Shown here one piece after another: positions 39,421 through 51,250 of a stretch of DNA of 64,000 bases. Position 1 is the first letter of the stretch, and each line of letters starts with the position of its first letter. The DNA is from Octopus sinensis (lineage: Eukaryota), in contig NC_042998.1 in NCBI RefSeq assembly GCF_006345805.1, positions 147,250,001 to 147,314,000 of the forward strand. Direction: 5' to 3'. The notes beneath the pieces were generated by a model. That model had not been told where the DNA came from. It saw only the letters and a list, made by a program, of their open reading frames with translations, and ran no database searches. The translations under genes were made by a program, and so were the position numbers.

Positions 39421-40090
39421 GGCGGCGAGCTGGCAGAAACGTTAGCACGCCGGGCGAAATGCTTAACAGTATTTCGTCTGCCGCTACGTTCTGAGTTCAA
39501 ATTCCGCCGAGGTCGACTTAGCCTTTCATCCTTTCGGGGTTGATAAATTAAGGACCACTTACGCACTGGGTCGATATAATCGACTTAATCCGTTTGTCTG
39601 TCCTTGTTTGTCCCCTCTGTGTGTAGCCCCTTGTGGGCAGTAAAGAAATGGGTATTTCGTCTGCGGCTACGTTCTGAGTTCAAATTCCGCCGAAGTCGAC
39701 TTTTGCCTTTCATTCTTTAAGGAAGGCGGCGAACTGGCAGAAACGTCAGCACGCCGGGCGAAATGCTTAGCGGTATTTCGTCTGCCGTTACGTTCTGAGT
39801 TCAAATTCCGCCGAGGTCGGCTTTGCTTTCATCCTTTCGGGGTCGATAAATTAAGTACCAGTTACGCACTGGGGTCGATATTATCGACTTAATCCGTCTG
39901 TCTGTCCTTGTGGGTAGTAAAGAAATAGACATTTCGTCTGTTTTTACCTTCTGAGTTCAAATTCTGCCGAGGTCGACTTTGCCTTTCATCCTTTCGGGGT
40001 CGATAAATTATGTACCAGTTGCATACTAGAGTCGATCTAATCGACTGACACCCTCCTCCGAAATTTCGGGCCTTGTGCCCAGTGTAGAAA
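39421..40090 (+). mobile_element. Tandem cluster of dimeric family A SINEs
   Basis: Heads at 39421 and 39724; each tail (GTAAAGAAAT) is followed by a headless internal segment starting (T/C)ATTTCGTCTG. Confidence 0.92.
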
Positions 40091-40109
40091 AACATGTATG
40101 CATATATAT

Positions 40110-40400
40110 ATAAATACAAAATGGGACAAGAACGCAAAGCACTCAAATAGACGACACACAAAACGGACGGGTCATTCGAAGCTTCTAATCTTCAGTCAAG
40201 ATCCGGATCATCCTCGCAACCTCGGCTGATTAATCTTGAGATCGCTCCGATCCGGCCAGCCCCAAGGAAAAACTAAGCTACGAGCATTAGATTTCTTGGA
40301 AAAAGGATCGAATGTATACGAAACAAGGACAGAAAAACGGACGATGCCACACGAATATAAATACAAAAAACAATAATAGTAAGAATAGGACAAAAACGTA
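40110..40400 (-). mobile_element. Interspersed terminal repeat, family P2 (probably Penelope-type)
   Basis: Homologous to 47885-47990 (-), about 47200-47400 (+) and 51590-51910 (+): GACTGA(A/G)GA...GAATGACCCGTC...CGTTCTTGTCCCA. Confidence 0.65.
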
Positions 40401-40454
40401 TATATACATCTATATGCATATATATATACATAATAAATAAATAAATAAATATAT

Positions 40455-40634
40455 TTTTTCTCTGTGAATCTTTCTGTTGAAGAGCGTAGGCTCGAAACGT
40501 TAAAGACTTGTTTTATTTATATTTCCTGAGCGCCATACTAATACAATTGTTTGTTTGTATTCCACCTGCCTTCGTCTTTTGTTTATTTCCGTAAACCTGC
40601 CTTCGTCTTTTGTCTATTTTCATAAAGCTTCCCG

Positions 40635-40636
<2 letters not shown>
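40455..40636 (+). mobile_element. Penelope terminal repeat with A6U hammerhead-like motif (40469-40506)
   Basis: TCTTT-CTGTTGA-A-GAGC(gtag)GCTC-GAA-ACGT-T-AAAGA followed by the same terminus as 24617-24702, with an internal duplication of about 30 bp. Confidence 0.85.
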
Positions 40637-40668
<32 letters not shown>

Positions 40669-40989
40669 TCATATATAATATATATGTGTGTGTGTGTGTG
40701 TGCATGAGTGTGTGTGTGTACGTATGCATCTATGTTTGTATAAGTAATTATATATACACACACACACGCACATCTTACAAACCGAACACTATGCACACGT
40801 GCGTGTGTGTGTATAGGCGGATATCTCACTCGCTAGTACGTATGTCTTGCTAATATTTACTACACTTTTGCTAATTGTTCTAGGTGTCTTTGAAGTCGCA
40901 AGCAGACATAGTCACCATCTCGGCCCTCACACTTTTAACCCAGCGCAACATCATAGATTTGATACATGGAGAGAGAGAGAGAGAGAGAG

Positions 40990-41135
40990 AGGTTTGTACC
41001 GGTAGTCAGTTGGTAGTCATTTTAAACGAGTAGACTGCACCAATGAAAAATTATTTCTAGGTACCCTCGATGCGGGAATTGAACCCGTGAGCTTATGACT
41101 AAAAACCCAACTTCTTGACCACTGCGCCACGCATC
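40990..41135 (-). mobile_element. tRNA-head CORE-like SINE, family D
   Basis: GGAATTGAACCCGTGAGCTTATGA...GACCACTGCGCCACGCATCTTC; a second copy lies at 42160-42335. Confidence 0.75.
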
Positions 41136-41486
41136 TTCTCGATGTACATGTATGTATGTGTGTGTGTGTGCGCATGCGTGTGTGCGTGCGTGCATGAGTA
41201 TATGTATATGTGTGTGCATGTATGTAATGTTTGAATGTGTGCACGTGTGTATGTATGCATGCATGTATGAGTGTATGTAATGTTTGAATGTATGCAGGTA
41301 TGTATGTATGTATGTATGTATGCATGTATGTACGTATGTAATGTACAAGTTACATATATTATATCACACCTTGATACTGTCTGGACTGAGATCCCCGTTG
41401 ACGGACACTTGATGTTAGATAGTGTTAACACTTGCAATATGCAAATTAGTAGCGGCAGTTTTTTTAGTAGCTACTATAACTGTAGT

Positions 41487-41873
41487 GGAGGCGCAATGGC
41501 CCAGTGGTTAGGGCAGCGGACTCGCGGTCATAGGATCGCGGTTTCGATTCCCAGACCGGGCGTTGTGAGTGTTTATTGAGCGAAAACACCTGAAAGCTCC
41601 ACGAGGCTCCGGCAGGGGATGGTGGTGATCCCTGCTGTACTCTTTCACCACTACTTTCTCTCACTCTTACTTCCTGTTTCTGTTGTATCTGTATTTCAAG
41701 AGGCCGGCCTTGTCACTCTCTGTGTCACACTAAATATCCCCGAGAACTACGTTAAGAGTGCACGTGACTGTGGAGTGCTCAGCCACTTACACGTTAATTT
41801 CACGAGCAGGCTGTTCCGTTGATTCGGATCAACCGGAACCCTCATCGTCGTAACCGACGGAGTGCTTCCCCCC
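41487..41873 (+). mobile_element. Full-length tRNA-derived SINE resembling octopus OR1, with 11-bp TSD
   Basis: Head GGAGGCGCAATGGCCCAGTGGTTAGGG...GGTTTCGATTCCC; 3' half shared with 42868-43155; TSD ACTATAACTGT at 41473-41483 and 41874-41884. The family name is from memory. Confidence 0.88.
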
Positions 41874-42159
41874 ACTATAACTGTTGAGTATATAAACAGA
41901 TTGGTTGCCCGTTTGTTTTAGGTTACTCAAGTTGATGTAGACGTTCCTGACGAGAATCTAATAAGATTCAACAATCGTTTGAGGTTTTACATCATTGTTT
42001 TCCTCTACGAAGAAAGAGCTAAATTAACCCTGTTTCTACAATATGTCTACTATGTAGATTACGTATGTATGTGGTGAAGATCGTTTTGTGAACGTCCCAT
42101 ATGATGAGGGCGTTGTGAAAAGTCCATGTGATTTGGAGATTTAACCCATGGAGGGAGAA

Positions 42160-42335
42160 AGAAAGGAGTTTGTACCAGCAGTCGGTTAATAGTCGTCTTA
42201 GATGAGTAGACTGTACTAACGAGAACTAATTTCTATGTATGAAGGATACAAGGCACCGTTCGATCCAGGAATTGAATCCACGAGCTTATGATAATAAACC
42301 CAATTCCTTGACCACTAGGCCACGCATCTTCATTT
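42160..42335 (-). mobile_element. SINE family D, second copy
   Basis: Aligns with 40990-41135. Confidence 0.75.
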
Positions 42336-42420
42336 CTGGGTATGCATGATTGTCTGTCTGTTTGCCTGTCTGCCTGCCTGCCTGTCTGCCCGTCTGCCTG
42401 TCTGCCTGTCTGTCTGTCTA

Positions 42421-42467
<47 letters not shown>

Positions 42468-42499
42468 GTATATATGTATGTATGGTGAGTGAATTAAAC

Positions 42500-42835
42500 C
42501 AACCACAGAACTTAACTGGTACATTTTATTTTATCAACCCCGGAGGAAAGACAGGAAGAATTTACACAGAATTTGAACTCTGAAGCTAAAGAAGAGGAAG
42601 AAACACCGCAAGACATTGTTTCTGACGCTTTAACAAAGGTTTCGAATTAAATTCGAAACCTTTGTTAAATACGCGTTGGGGTCTGTAGACACAAGGCAAT
42701 CCATCGACCCTAGTACTTCACTGGAACTTTATTTTATCGATCGCGGAGCGTGGCGAGATTTGAACTCGGAACATAAAGAGCCGGAACTAATCTGCCAGGT
42801 ATTCTCTTCAACACTAACAATTCTGCTAGTTTACC
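42500..42835 (-). mobile_element. Two degenerate family A SINE pieces separated by a 41-bp palindrome
   Basis: ACTGGTAC.TT...ATC.AC...GAATTTGAACTC occurs twice; palindrome at 42629-42669. Confidence 0.7.
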
Positions 42836-42867
42836 ACTTTTGTTCATTCTTTCAGTACGTATTATCT

Positions 42868-43155
42868 AGTGGTTTAGTGATTAGGGTATTCAGCTCACGG
42901 TCGTAAGGTCGGGAGTTCGATCACCATCGGCGCGTTGTGTCCATAAGTAAGACACTTTATTTCTCGTTGCTCCAGTCTACTCAGCTGGAAAAAAATGAGT
43001 AGTACCAGTAATTTCAAAAGTCCAGCCTTGTCACATTCTGTGTTATGCCGAATCTCCCTGAGAACTACGTGTCTGTGGAGTACTCAGCCACTCACACGTT
43101 AATTTCACGAACAGGCTGTTCCGTTGATCGAACCATTTGGAACCCTCTCAACTGG
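42868..43155 (+). mobile_element. CORE-SINE resembling octopus OR2
   Basis: tRNA-like head, then GTTGTGTCCATAAGTAAGACACTTTAT...GCTCCAGTCTACTCAGCTGGAAAAAAATGAGTA, which aligns with the CORE consensus; tail shared with 41487-41873. Confidence 0.82.
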
Positions 43156-44689
43156 TTGAATATCAAAAATCTTTATTCCAGATCTTTTATCTGTTATTAT
43201 TCACCATTTGATATTTACTCCAATCCTAGATGTTATCGAACCAATTTGTTCTAGGTCTTCCACTCGAATGTTTGCCGTTTATCTTTTCTTCTAATAATAG
43301 TCTTTGTATACCGTTTGCTCTTACTATATGACCAAAGTATTTTAGCTTCCTTTTCTTTAATGGTTGAGAGTATTGATCTTTTTGTATTTTCTAGTTTGTT
43401 GTGCTTCTACATGTATTACTCTTAAATGATGGTATTACAATGAGTCACGTTGTAATATAGGTATTGCCTGGGCTCTCTAAAAACATATTCCATGTTTCTC
43501 TGGTCTAGGGTTCATTACCATTTTATGGAACCACGTGACTGTAAAATTGTTCCCTTCCAAAAAACAAACTCCCTAATCTTCCTGTTCGAGCACAGTTACT
43601 GTTGACGTAACATCTGAAAGGTAATGGGGATCAACGTAAAGATGCACATCTTTAATGTTTGAGTCTGTTACTCTTACCTTTCCAATATCTGCCCTTCGGT
43701 TTCCGTTAAGTGCCATCTAGCGGACATCATTGCTCTCCCACAGCACCAACTGATGCTTATCGTCTTTGAAAACTTCATCGAAAACATAACTAATGCCCTT
43801 CTCATCAATAAAATCCACAATCATCTGTCACGAGAACGTTTTATGTTTTGTTGCTGTTGTTGTTAATGTTTTACCCATATCATCCTTGATCAAGCAGACT
43901 TAAGATAAAAAAAACATTCCAGCCATGACCGTCCAATCTTTGTGTATATCTGGAACTACATTATTTAGGAATAAGCCTCTTAGTGATCACTCGACCAGCA
44001 AAAAATAGCGGACAAATCTCCCTCAAATCCTAACCTCCCACCTTAAAAAAGAAGACATAATGTAGTTGAGGATATGCTATCCTGAAAAAGCAATACCAAT
44101 CGGAAAAAACCCCCCAGAAAAAAGACAGTATGGCCATAACAATATTGCATAGTTTGTAATAACTTAATATAGCAGACTAACGCCTTCGTTATTCGATAAA
44201 TAGACGAGTTAAAACTCAGGTTTAATTGTAAATGTATTAGTCATGTTACTATCTCATGTACACACAAACACAGAAACACACAAACTCACACTAAGACCCA
44301 CACACGTACACTCATATACTGACAAATACAGAGATGATTTAGGCCTATCTTTGGCCTAGATCCTGTAAGACAATCAAGGGCAATGTCGACGTAACTCTCA
44401 ATAAAAATAGATAAGACACGTGTGAACTATTTCCAGCCAGATATTATTCTCTAAGGTCAATGCAGACTAACTGATAGTTCCTCGCTTGGCCAGCAAATAG
44501 AAGATTCAAGGTTCGATATAGGTTAGTAAATCTATTGTACGACGATAAACTGTATTGTTTGAAGATGACAGTTTTGCCTAATGTGTGACGTGTAAATTTT
44601 GTATAATTTGAATAATGTTTCTTCAATTAAGTTCAGTACAATTGGTAGCAAAACATAAAGACAATTTGATATATAAATTCCTTGTTTTC

Positions 44690-44895
44690 CTCTTTTCAAT
44701 CTTTGTTTCTTGTCAGTGGACTGCGACCATGCTGTGGCATGGTCTTTAGAGTGTAATTGAACAAAACGGCACCACAATATTAGTTTACTCATTTTAAGTC
44801 TGGTACTTGTTTTGTTTCTATTAGTCTGAAGCAGAAAATCACGGGGTATGTAAACGATTGCTAAACGGCGGTGGAGGACAAACACAAAGACATAT
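44690..44895 (-). mobile_element. SINE family B, 3' half (diverged)
   Basis: TTTCTTGTCAGTGGACTGCGACCATGCTG...GTCTGGTACTTGTTTT. Confidence 0.7.
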
Positions 44896-45379
44896 CCATC
44901 TATCTATCCATTCATTCATACATATACACAAACATGCACATACATACATAATACATACATACATACATACATACATACATACATACATACATACACCCTT
45001 CCAATCATCGATCTATCCATCCATACATACCCTGTGTGTATAAAAGTAAGTATAATTATAAATTACTCCAACGCTTTATTCCAGTATCACTTCCTGATTA
45101 CTGACGACCGCTGATATCCACACGGATACTTGCATGAAACAATGGATGCAAACATGACCAAGAAATTGAAAAATTTAAATCGGTACTGCCATGTGATCTA
45201 CGATTAATTTCCACTGCACAACACCTTGGCTAAGTATCTTTTATCACTGATTCGACTGATTCAAACAAGCGTGAGTGAAATTGCCCTGAAAGATATAGGA
45301 TACTATACTGAATCCCTTTGGATGGAACTATTGTCGAAGGGTTGATTTAACTGTCGCTCTGTTAACTATTACTTGTCTA

Positions 45380-45580
45380 GGGCGGCGAGCTGGCAGACTT
45401 ATTAGCACGTCGGGCAAAAAAAAAGTGATTAGCAGTATTTCGTCCAGATGTACGTTCTGAGTTCAACCTCCGCTGAGGTCGACTTTCGGGGTTGATAATA
45501 TAAGTACCAGCTGGGCACTAGGGGTGATGTAATCGGTTTAATCCTTATCTAGAAATTGCTGGCCTTATGCCAAATTTAAA
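45380..45580 (+). mobile_element. SINE family A
   Basis: GGCGGCGAGCTGGCAGAC...TTCTGAGTTCAACCTCCGCTGAGGTCGAC. Confidence 0.88.
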
Positions 45581-45820
45581 GCCATAATTACAAGCTATCC
45601 ATTGAGAGCTCCTTTCGATATCCTGTAACTTAATCCGGATAATCACATAGTTTGGATAGTGCTTTAGGATACAGAGGTCTTCCTCCACCAGTTCCACCCG
45701 GTTTCCAGAGCGTATTCAAAAGGTTCGCAGATACTGCCCCCACTCACCTTTGTCTAACATTTGAAAGTTATAAGTTTTCAATCGTATGAATTGAAACACT
45801 TTGTTATCTACAAACACAAA

Positions 45821-45860
<40 letters not shown>

Positions 45861-46140
45861 ACACACACACACACAAAGACACACACACACACACAAACAC
45901 ACAAAAACACGTATATTTATGAGAGGCAGGAAGGGTGTGTGAGAGAGAGACGGAACCCATCTCTAATGTTATATGTAGAACAGACTGATAACACGTGCTC
46001 ATTTTGACGCGTGATCACGGTGTGTATGTGTTTGTGTGTGTGTGCGTGTGTGTGTGTGTGTGTGCGTGCGGGTGTATTATTACATATATTTATCCTTGTT
46101 TGTACAAATGCATTTGTGCACGAATATGTTTATATTAAAA

Positions 46141-46550
46141 GGCGGCGAGCTGGCAAAAACGTTAGCATGCCGGGCGAAATGCTTAGCGGTATTTCGTCTG
46201 TCGCTACGTTCTGAGTTCCAATTCCGCCGAGGTCGACTTTGCCTTTCATCCTTTTGGGGTCGATTAAATAAGTACCAGTTACGCACTGGGGTCGATATAA
46301 TCGACTTAATCCGTTTGTCTGTCCTTGTTTGTCCTTTCTGTGTAGTAAAGTACTACCCTTGTGGGTAGTAAAGAAATAAGTATTTCGTCTGTTTTTACGT
46401 TCTGAGTTCAAATTCCGCCGAGGTCGACTTTGCATTTCATCCTTTCGGGGTCGATAAATTATGTACCATTTGCATCCTGGGGTCAATCTAATCGTCCTGG
46501 CCATCTCCCCAAAAATTTCGGGCCTTGTGCCTAGAGTAGAAAAGAATATG
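46141..46550 (+). mobile_element. Dimeric family A SINE
   Basis: Full monomer to GTAGTAAAGAAATAA, then GTATTTCGTCTGTTTTTACG...CCTTGTGCCTAGAGTAGAAAAGAAT. Confidence 0.93.
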
Positions 46551-46971
46551 TACATATTAAATATACGTGTGCGTATGTGCCTGTAGTGTTTATGTGTGTG
46601 TGTCTGTGATGTTTTTTTATTTGCCTGATAATGAGACTCACTAAGAATGTTCGAAGAACAATAATATACATTATTGTGCAACATTCATCAATTACCCGGG
46701 GTAAGTGTAAAAAATAAGAAATAAAAAGTATAGAAAGAATCTCAGATATACTAAATAAATAAGAGGTATGTGTGACTATCACACTGTCCTTCTGCGGTGA
46801 ACGTTTGTTTCTGCGACCATTCTATACCTCAGGTGGTGTTGAAAATACAACATGCGTTTAACCAGTGAACATAAAGCAATCTATCACGTTGGATTGGATA
46901 TAGAGCTTTTTTTCTGTTTGAGTACGGAAACGCAAAAGTGTTGAATACAACATTAAGTTGGATGCAAAGAG

Positions 46972-47044
<73 letters not shown>

Positions 47045-47134
47045 CTCTTGGCATCAATATATATAATATATATATACATACATTATATTCATTAATGTAT
47101 GTATATATATATGTGTGTATATATATATATATGC

Positions 47135-47200
<66 letters not shown>

Positions 47201-47437
47201 GTTGACTTACTACAGCTGTTTCTGACGTATTTTTTTTATTGATGAATAGAGTTAATATCCTCGACTGAGGATAGAAAGCTCTGAATGACCCGTCCTTGTT
47301 TTTTCCTGTCTTTTTCTATCGTCTAACTGTCCGGATATTTTTTGTCGGCTTTTACGTCTTGTTAATTTTTTGATTTCTTTTTATATATACATGTAGCGAC
47401 GTAGTACACTTTTGGTCTCTTATATGTAAGTACATAT

Positions 47438-47474
<37 letters not shown>

Positions 47475-47602
47475 TATGTGAAATAGAAAGATGAATAATC
47501 TTGTTGTAGATTAATCAAAAGTCGCCATGGGCTCTTAGGAGCATAGTTCGATTTGGTTTTTGCTCCGCCTCTGTTCTGGTTGTTTCTCTAACGGATTTCC
47601 TT

Positions 47603-47691
47603 TTTCTTTCATGAAGAGAAAGACACATATGGTCCCATTATTCAATCGGATTTTGGTAATTTGTGCCTTTCGAAACACGTGTAGAATGAAA
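47603..47691 (+). ncRNA. Type I hammerhead-like fold with one core substitution (C3A)
   Basis: TTTCTTTC-ATGAAGA-GAAAG...CTTTC-GAA-ACACGTGT-A-GAATGAAA: stem I 7 of 8 pairs, palindromic stem III. Confidence 0.65.
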
Positions 47692-47758
47692 TAAAACGAT
47701 TTGGTTCAATCTGCGTTCAGCTCCATTTCTTCAATTCACAAATATATATATATATTAT

Positions 47759-47801
<43 letters not shown>

Positions 47802-48022
47802 ATATATATATTTGTGTGGTGTGGGTGGTGTGTGTGTGTGTGTGTGTATAAATCAAATATAAAATATAAAATATAAATTACAAAGTGGGACAAGAACGCA
47901 AAAACACACAAAGAGACGACCCAAAAAAACAGACGGGTCACTCGAAGCCTCTAATCTTCAGTCGGAACCGGATCGGCGTAACGTACCCCTATCTCCTATG
48001 TATATATATGTATGCATATATA

Positions 48023-48125
<103 letters not shown>

Positions 48126-48126
48126 C

Positions 48127-48187
<61 letters not shown>

Positions 48188-48252
48188 TAGCTGAAGGTGA
48201 CCCGCTCTACGCGGGGTAAGAGTGTGGGTGTTACTTTCTGTTGCTTCCTTTC

Positions 48253-48564
48253 AGCACGTAAAAAGCACCATCCGAACGTGGCCGATTGCAGCACCGCCTT
48301 GACTTGCTTCTGTGCCAGTGGCACGTAAAAAGCACCAACCGATCGTTGCCACTGCGAGCCCCCCTGGCACCAGTGCCGGCGGCACGAAAAAAGCACTCAC
48401 TACACTCACAGAGTCGTTGGCGTTAGGAATATCATCCACCTGTAGAAACACTGCCAGATCAGACTGGAGCCTGGTGCAACCTCCTGGCTTCCGAGACCCC
48501 GGTCACACTGCCCAACCCGTGCTAGCACGGAAAACGGACGTTAAACGATGATGATGATGATGAT
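48253..48564 (+). mobile_element. 5'-truncated retroposon (SINE/RTE-type tail) inserted in Helitron H2
   Basis: Absent from H1 at the homologous site; ends GGAAAACGGACGTTAAAC(GAT)n. Confidence 0.85.
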
Positions 48565-49536
48565 TCTCCGTATTTGTTTCTCTCTCCTTTCTCTCTCACT
48601 TTCCCACTCTCTTACTTTTCTTTTCTCTCGGACTCTCCCTCGCTTTCTCTTACTCTCTATCTTTATCTATCTCTCTCCCATTTATAAACAACAGATCTTG
48701 AGTAAGTTGAGAAATAAAATATTTAGAAAGATCAATCAGAAATATGAGGCAGTGGCAATAGAAAGGTCTGCTTCAAGGCAGACAGCAAAACGCTAACATT
48801 TAAAAGGGACAGACGAACTTGCGAGCTGAATAAAAATAATAAAATATTGGAAACCAAAGTTTGAAGGGATAGAATCTGAGGATAGTAGAGTCACCATGGC
48901 TGGCATTTGTTAACGACGGATAGCAACGTAGTGACAGTTTAACGGCTGGCGTAAAATTTTGAACTTGATGTAAAAGAAAATTCGTAAACACCAAGTTTTG
49001 AAGTGATTCTTTCTCACGACAGTAGACTCACCATGGCAAGCATTCAAAACTTCTTTATCATGGACGGCAACACATTGACGATTAAAAGGCTGGCGCAAAT
49101 TTTTTAGTTTGATGTAACAGAGAATTCTTAAACACCCACTCCTAGAAATTTTAATCCCCTTCCAGCCCCATTTAGACCCCTTTTCACATTTTGGTTAATA
49201 TAACCCGATTTCATTCGGGTCTACTGGGGCCACATTTTATAAGATGAGGAATTTTGTCCTAGAGGTGACGCCTTTCATTTGAGGAACAAAATAGCTGTCA
49301 TGCAAACTTGTCAGCACCTTTAACATAGGTGTGCATATTTTCAGCTGAATCGACCGACTACGTAATGCACACATTATATATATATGTGTGTGTGTGTGTG
49401 CACGCATTATATATACAAATGTATACAAATGAGATATATATCTGTATAAATTAAATTAGAGATAAAACCACTAATAGGCAAATCAAACAGTGAAAAAACA
49501 AAAACATAAAAAAGGAAATATAACATAGAAAATATA

Positions 49537-50023
49537 TCTATATATATAAAACTGTTGTTGTGTGAGTGTCTGTCCCCTTCGATTTAGATTCCTAACTACT
49601 CGCACATTTTGCGGTGCAGTTTAACCAAATTCGGGTATCTTATAGTCGTGATTCATATCGAGCCCGTCTGGCTATTAGCGCGCGTCTACGATGAGTCAAC
49701 GATTTAAAAAATAATTTAACATCATTTTTTATTCCATTTTAATGCATAATTTTTCGTGTGTCGATGGCGGCGGAGTTGGCGTCCACGCTCACATCTGCAC
49801 CTGTTTGCTTCTCCCTCGTGAAGCTGTGGGGAAGGGAGTGTAAGGAAATCAACGTCGTAAAGCGTTGTCAAGGAGACCAGCGTTCTTTTAGAACAACGAC
49901 TTCATGGCTTCATTACCATCACTTTTTATTCCATTTTTAATGCATTTTTTGCTATAACTCTCTAAAAATGCTTATATAGTTATTTCCCTTACAAACCCGA
50001 GCAACGCCGGGCGATACTGCTAG
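49537..50023 (+). mobile_element. Short Helitron, copy 1 of a head-to-tail pair
   Basis: A|TCTATATATATAAAACTG 5' end; CCCGAGCAACGCCGGG hairpin; ACTGCTAG 3' end. Confidence 0.93.
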
Positions 50024-50421
50024 TCTTTATATATAAAAGTAAGGTTGTGTGTCTGTCTCCTACGATTTAGATTCCTAACCACTCCCACATTTTGCAGTGC
50101 AGTGTAACCAAAACCGGGTATCTTATAGTCGTGATTCATATCGAGCCCTTCTGGGTATTAGCGCGCGTCTACGATGAGTCTACGATTTTAAAAAAATTTA
50201 CCATCATTTTTTATTCCATTTTAATGCATTTTTTGCTATTATATAAGGGAAGTAACTCTCTAAAAATGTCTACGATGAGTCAACGATAAAAAAAAAATTA
50301 CTATCATTTTTTATTCCATTTTTAATGCATTTTTTGCTATTTTTTTTTGCTATAACTCACTAAAAATGCTTATATAGTTATTTCCCTTACAAACCCGAGC
50401 AACGCCGGGCGATACTGCTAG
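50024..50421 (+). mobile_element. Short Helitron, copy 2 of a head-to-tail pair
   Basis: Starts TCTTTATATATAAAAG immediately after the CTAG of copy 1; same hairpin; ends CTAG|T. Confidence 0.93.
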
Positions 50422-50544
50422 TAAAATATAAAATTGAAAACTTTAAATTATTTAAATTGAAAATAAAAATTATTAAATTATATTTATAATTTGTTTAAAA
50501 ATATATATAACTATGAAAAAGTATGAAAAAGTTTAATATACATA

Positions 50545-50684
50545 AATACAGATATATACACTTTGTATATATACATTATATATACATATTTATATATAGA
50601 ACACACACACACATACATTATATATACATATTTATATATAGAACACACACACACATACATTATATATACATATTTATATATAGA

Positions 50685-50717
<33 letters not shown>

Positions 50718-50800
50718 TTATATATACATATTTATATATAGAACACACACACACACGCACATACATTATATATACATATTTAGAACACACACACACACAC
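50545..50800 (+). repeat. Minisatellite of about 42-bp compound TA/CA units
   Basis: CATACATTATATATACATATTTATATATAGAACACACACACA repeated 4-5 times with variable CA length. Confidence 0.88.
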
Positions 50801-51195
50801 ATATAAATGAACGCAAGAATATCTGATTCATAATATTTGTTCTCATGCTCGTGTGTTGTTTGTTGGTGACAGACATATACTTAAAAGAACACCGCCGAAG
50901 TGATAGGAAGGTAGGAAACAGAGTCAGTGAAAAAGAAAGGAAATAGCGATAGTGACAGATACTTTAAATAACCGTAGTGGACTTCTGAAAGTTATGAAGA
51001 GGAGTAAGAGAGGGAAAGGAGGAAATAGGGTGAGTGAGGAAGATGGCCCCTAGCAACCACACCTTTTAAGATAGGGATTTCTAAGGTAGCCCACGCGCAT
51101 CGTCACCTCATTCTACATGTCCCTGTAAATTTTGGAGCGAATCGGACGGGATGTAGTGGCATTGAAAGCGAACCAAGCGGTAAAAACGCAATTCA

Positions 51196-51250
<55 letters not shown>

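Larger units (their letters stand above)
48187..51210 (-). mobile_element. Non-autonomous Helitron (H2) with nested insertions
   Basis: 3' CTAG|T at 48187 with hairpin CCCGC(tctac)GCGGG. 48570-49370 is the reverse complement of about 25445-26250, and 51050-51190 mirrors 24790-24920. The 5' end (TA)nTAAAACTG merges into the microsatellite. Confidence 0.85.

Noticed and set aside
40166-40197. CTGARGA...GAA motif of family P2 (also 47261, 47932, 51791) as a hammerhead
   Set aside because: One A of GAAA is lacking and no stem I can be formed in any of the four copies.
41487-41560. tRNA gene (also the heads at 22830, 42868 and 62740-62808)
   Set aside because: A/B boxes are present but there is no paired acceptor stem; each continues into a SINE body, and one has a TSD.
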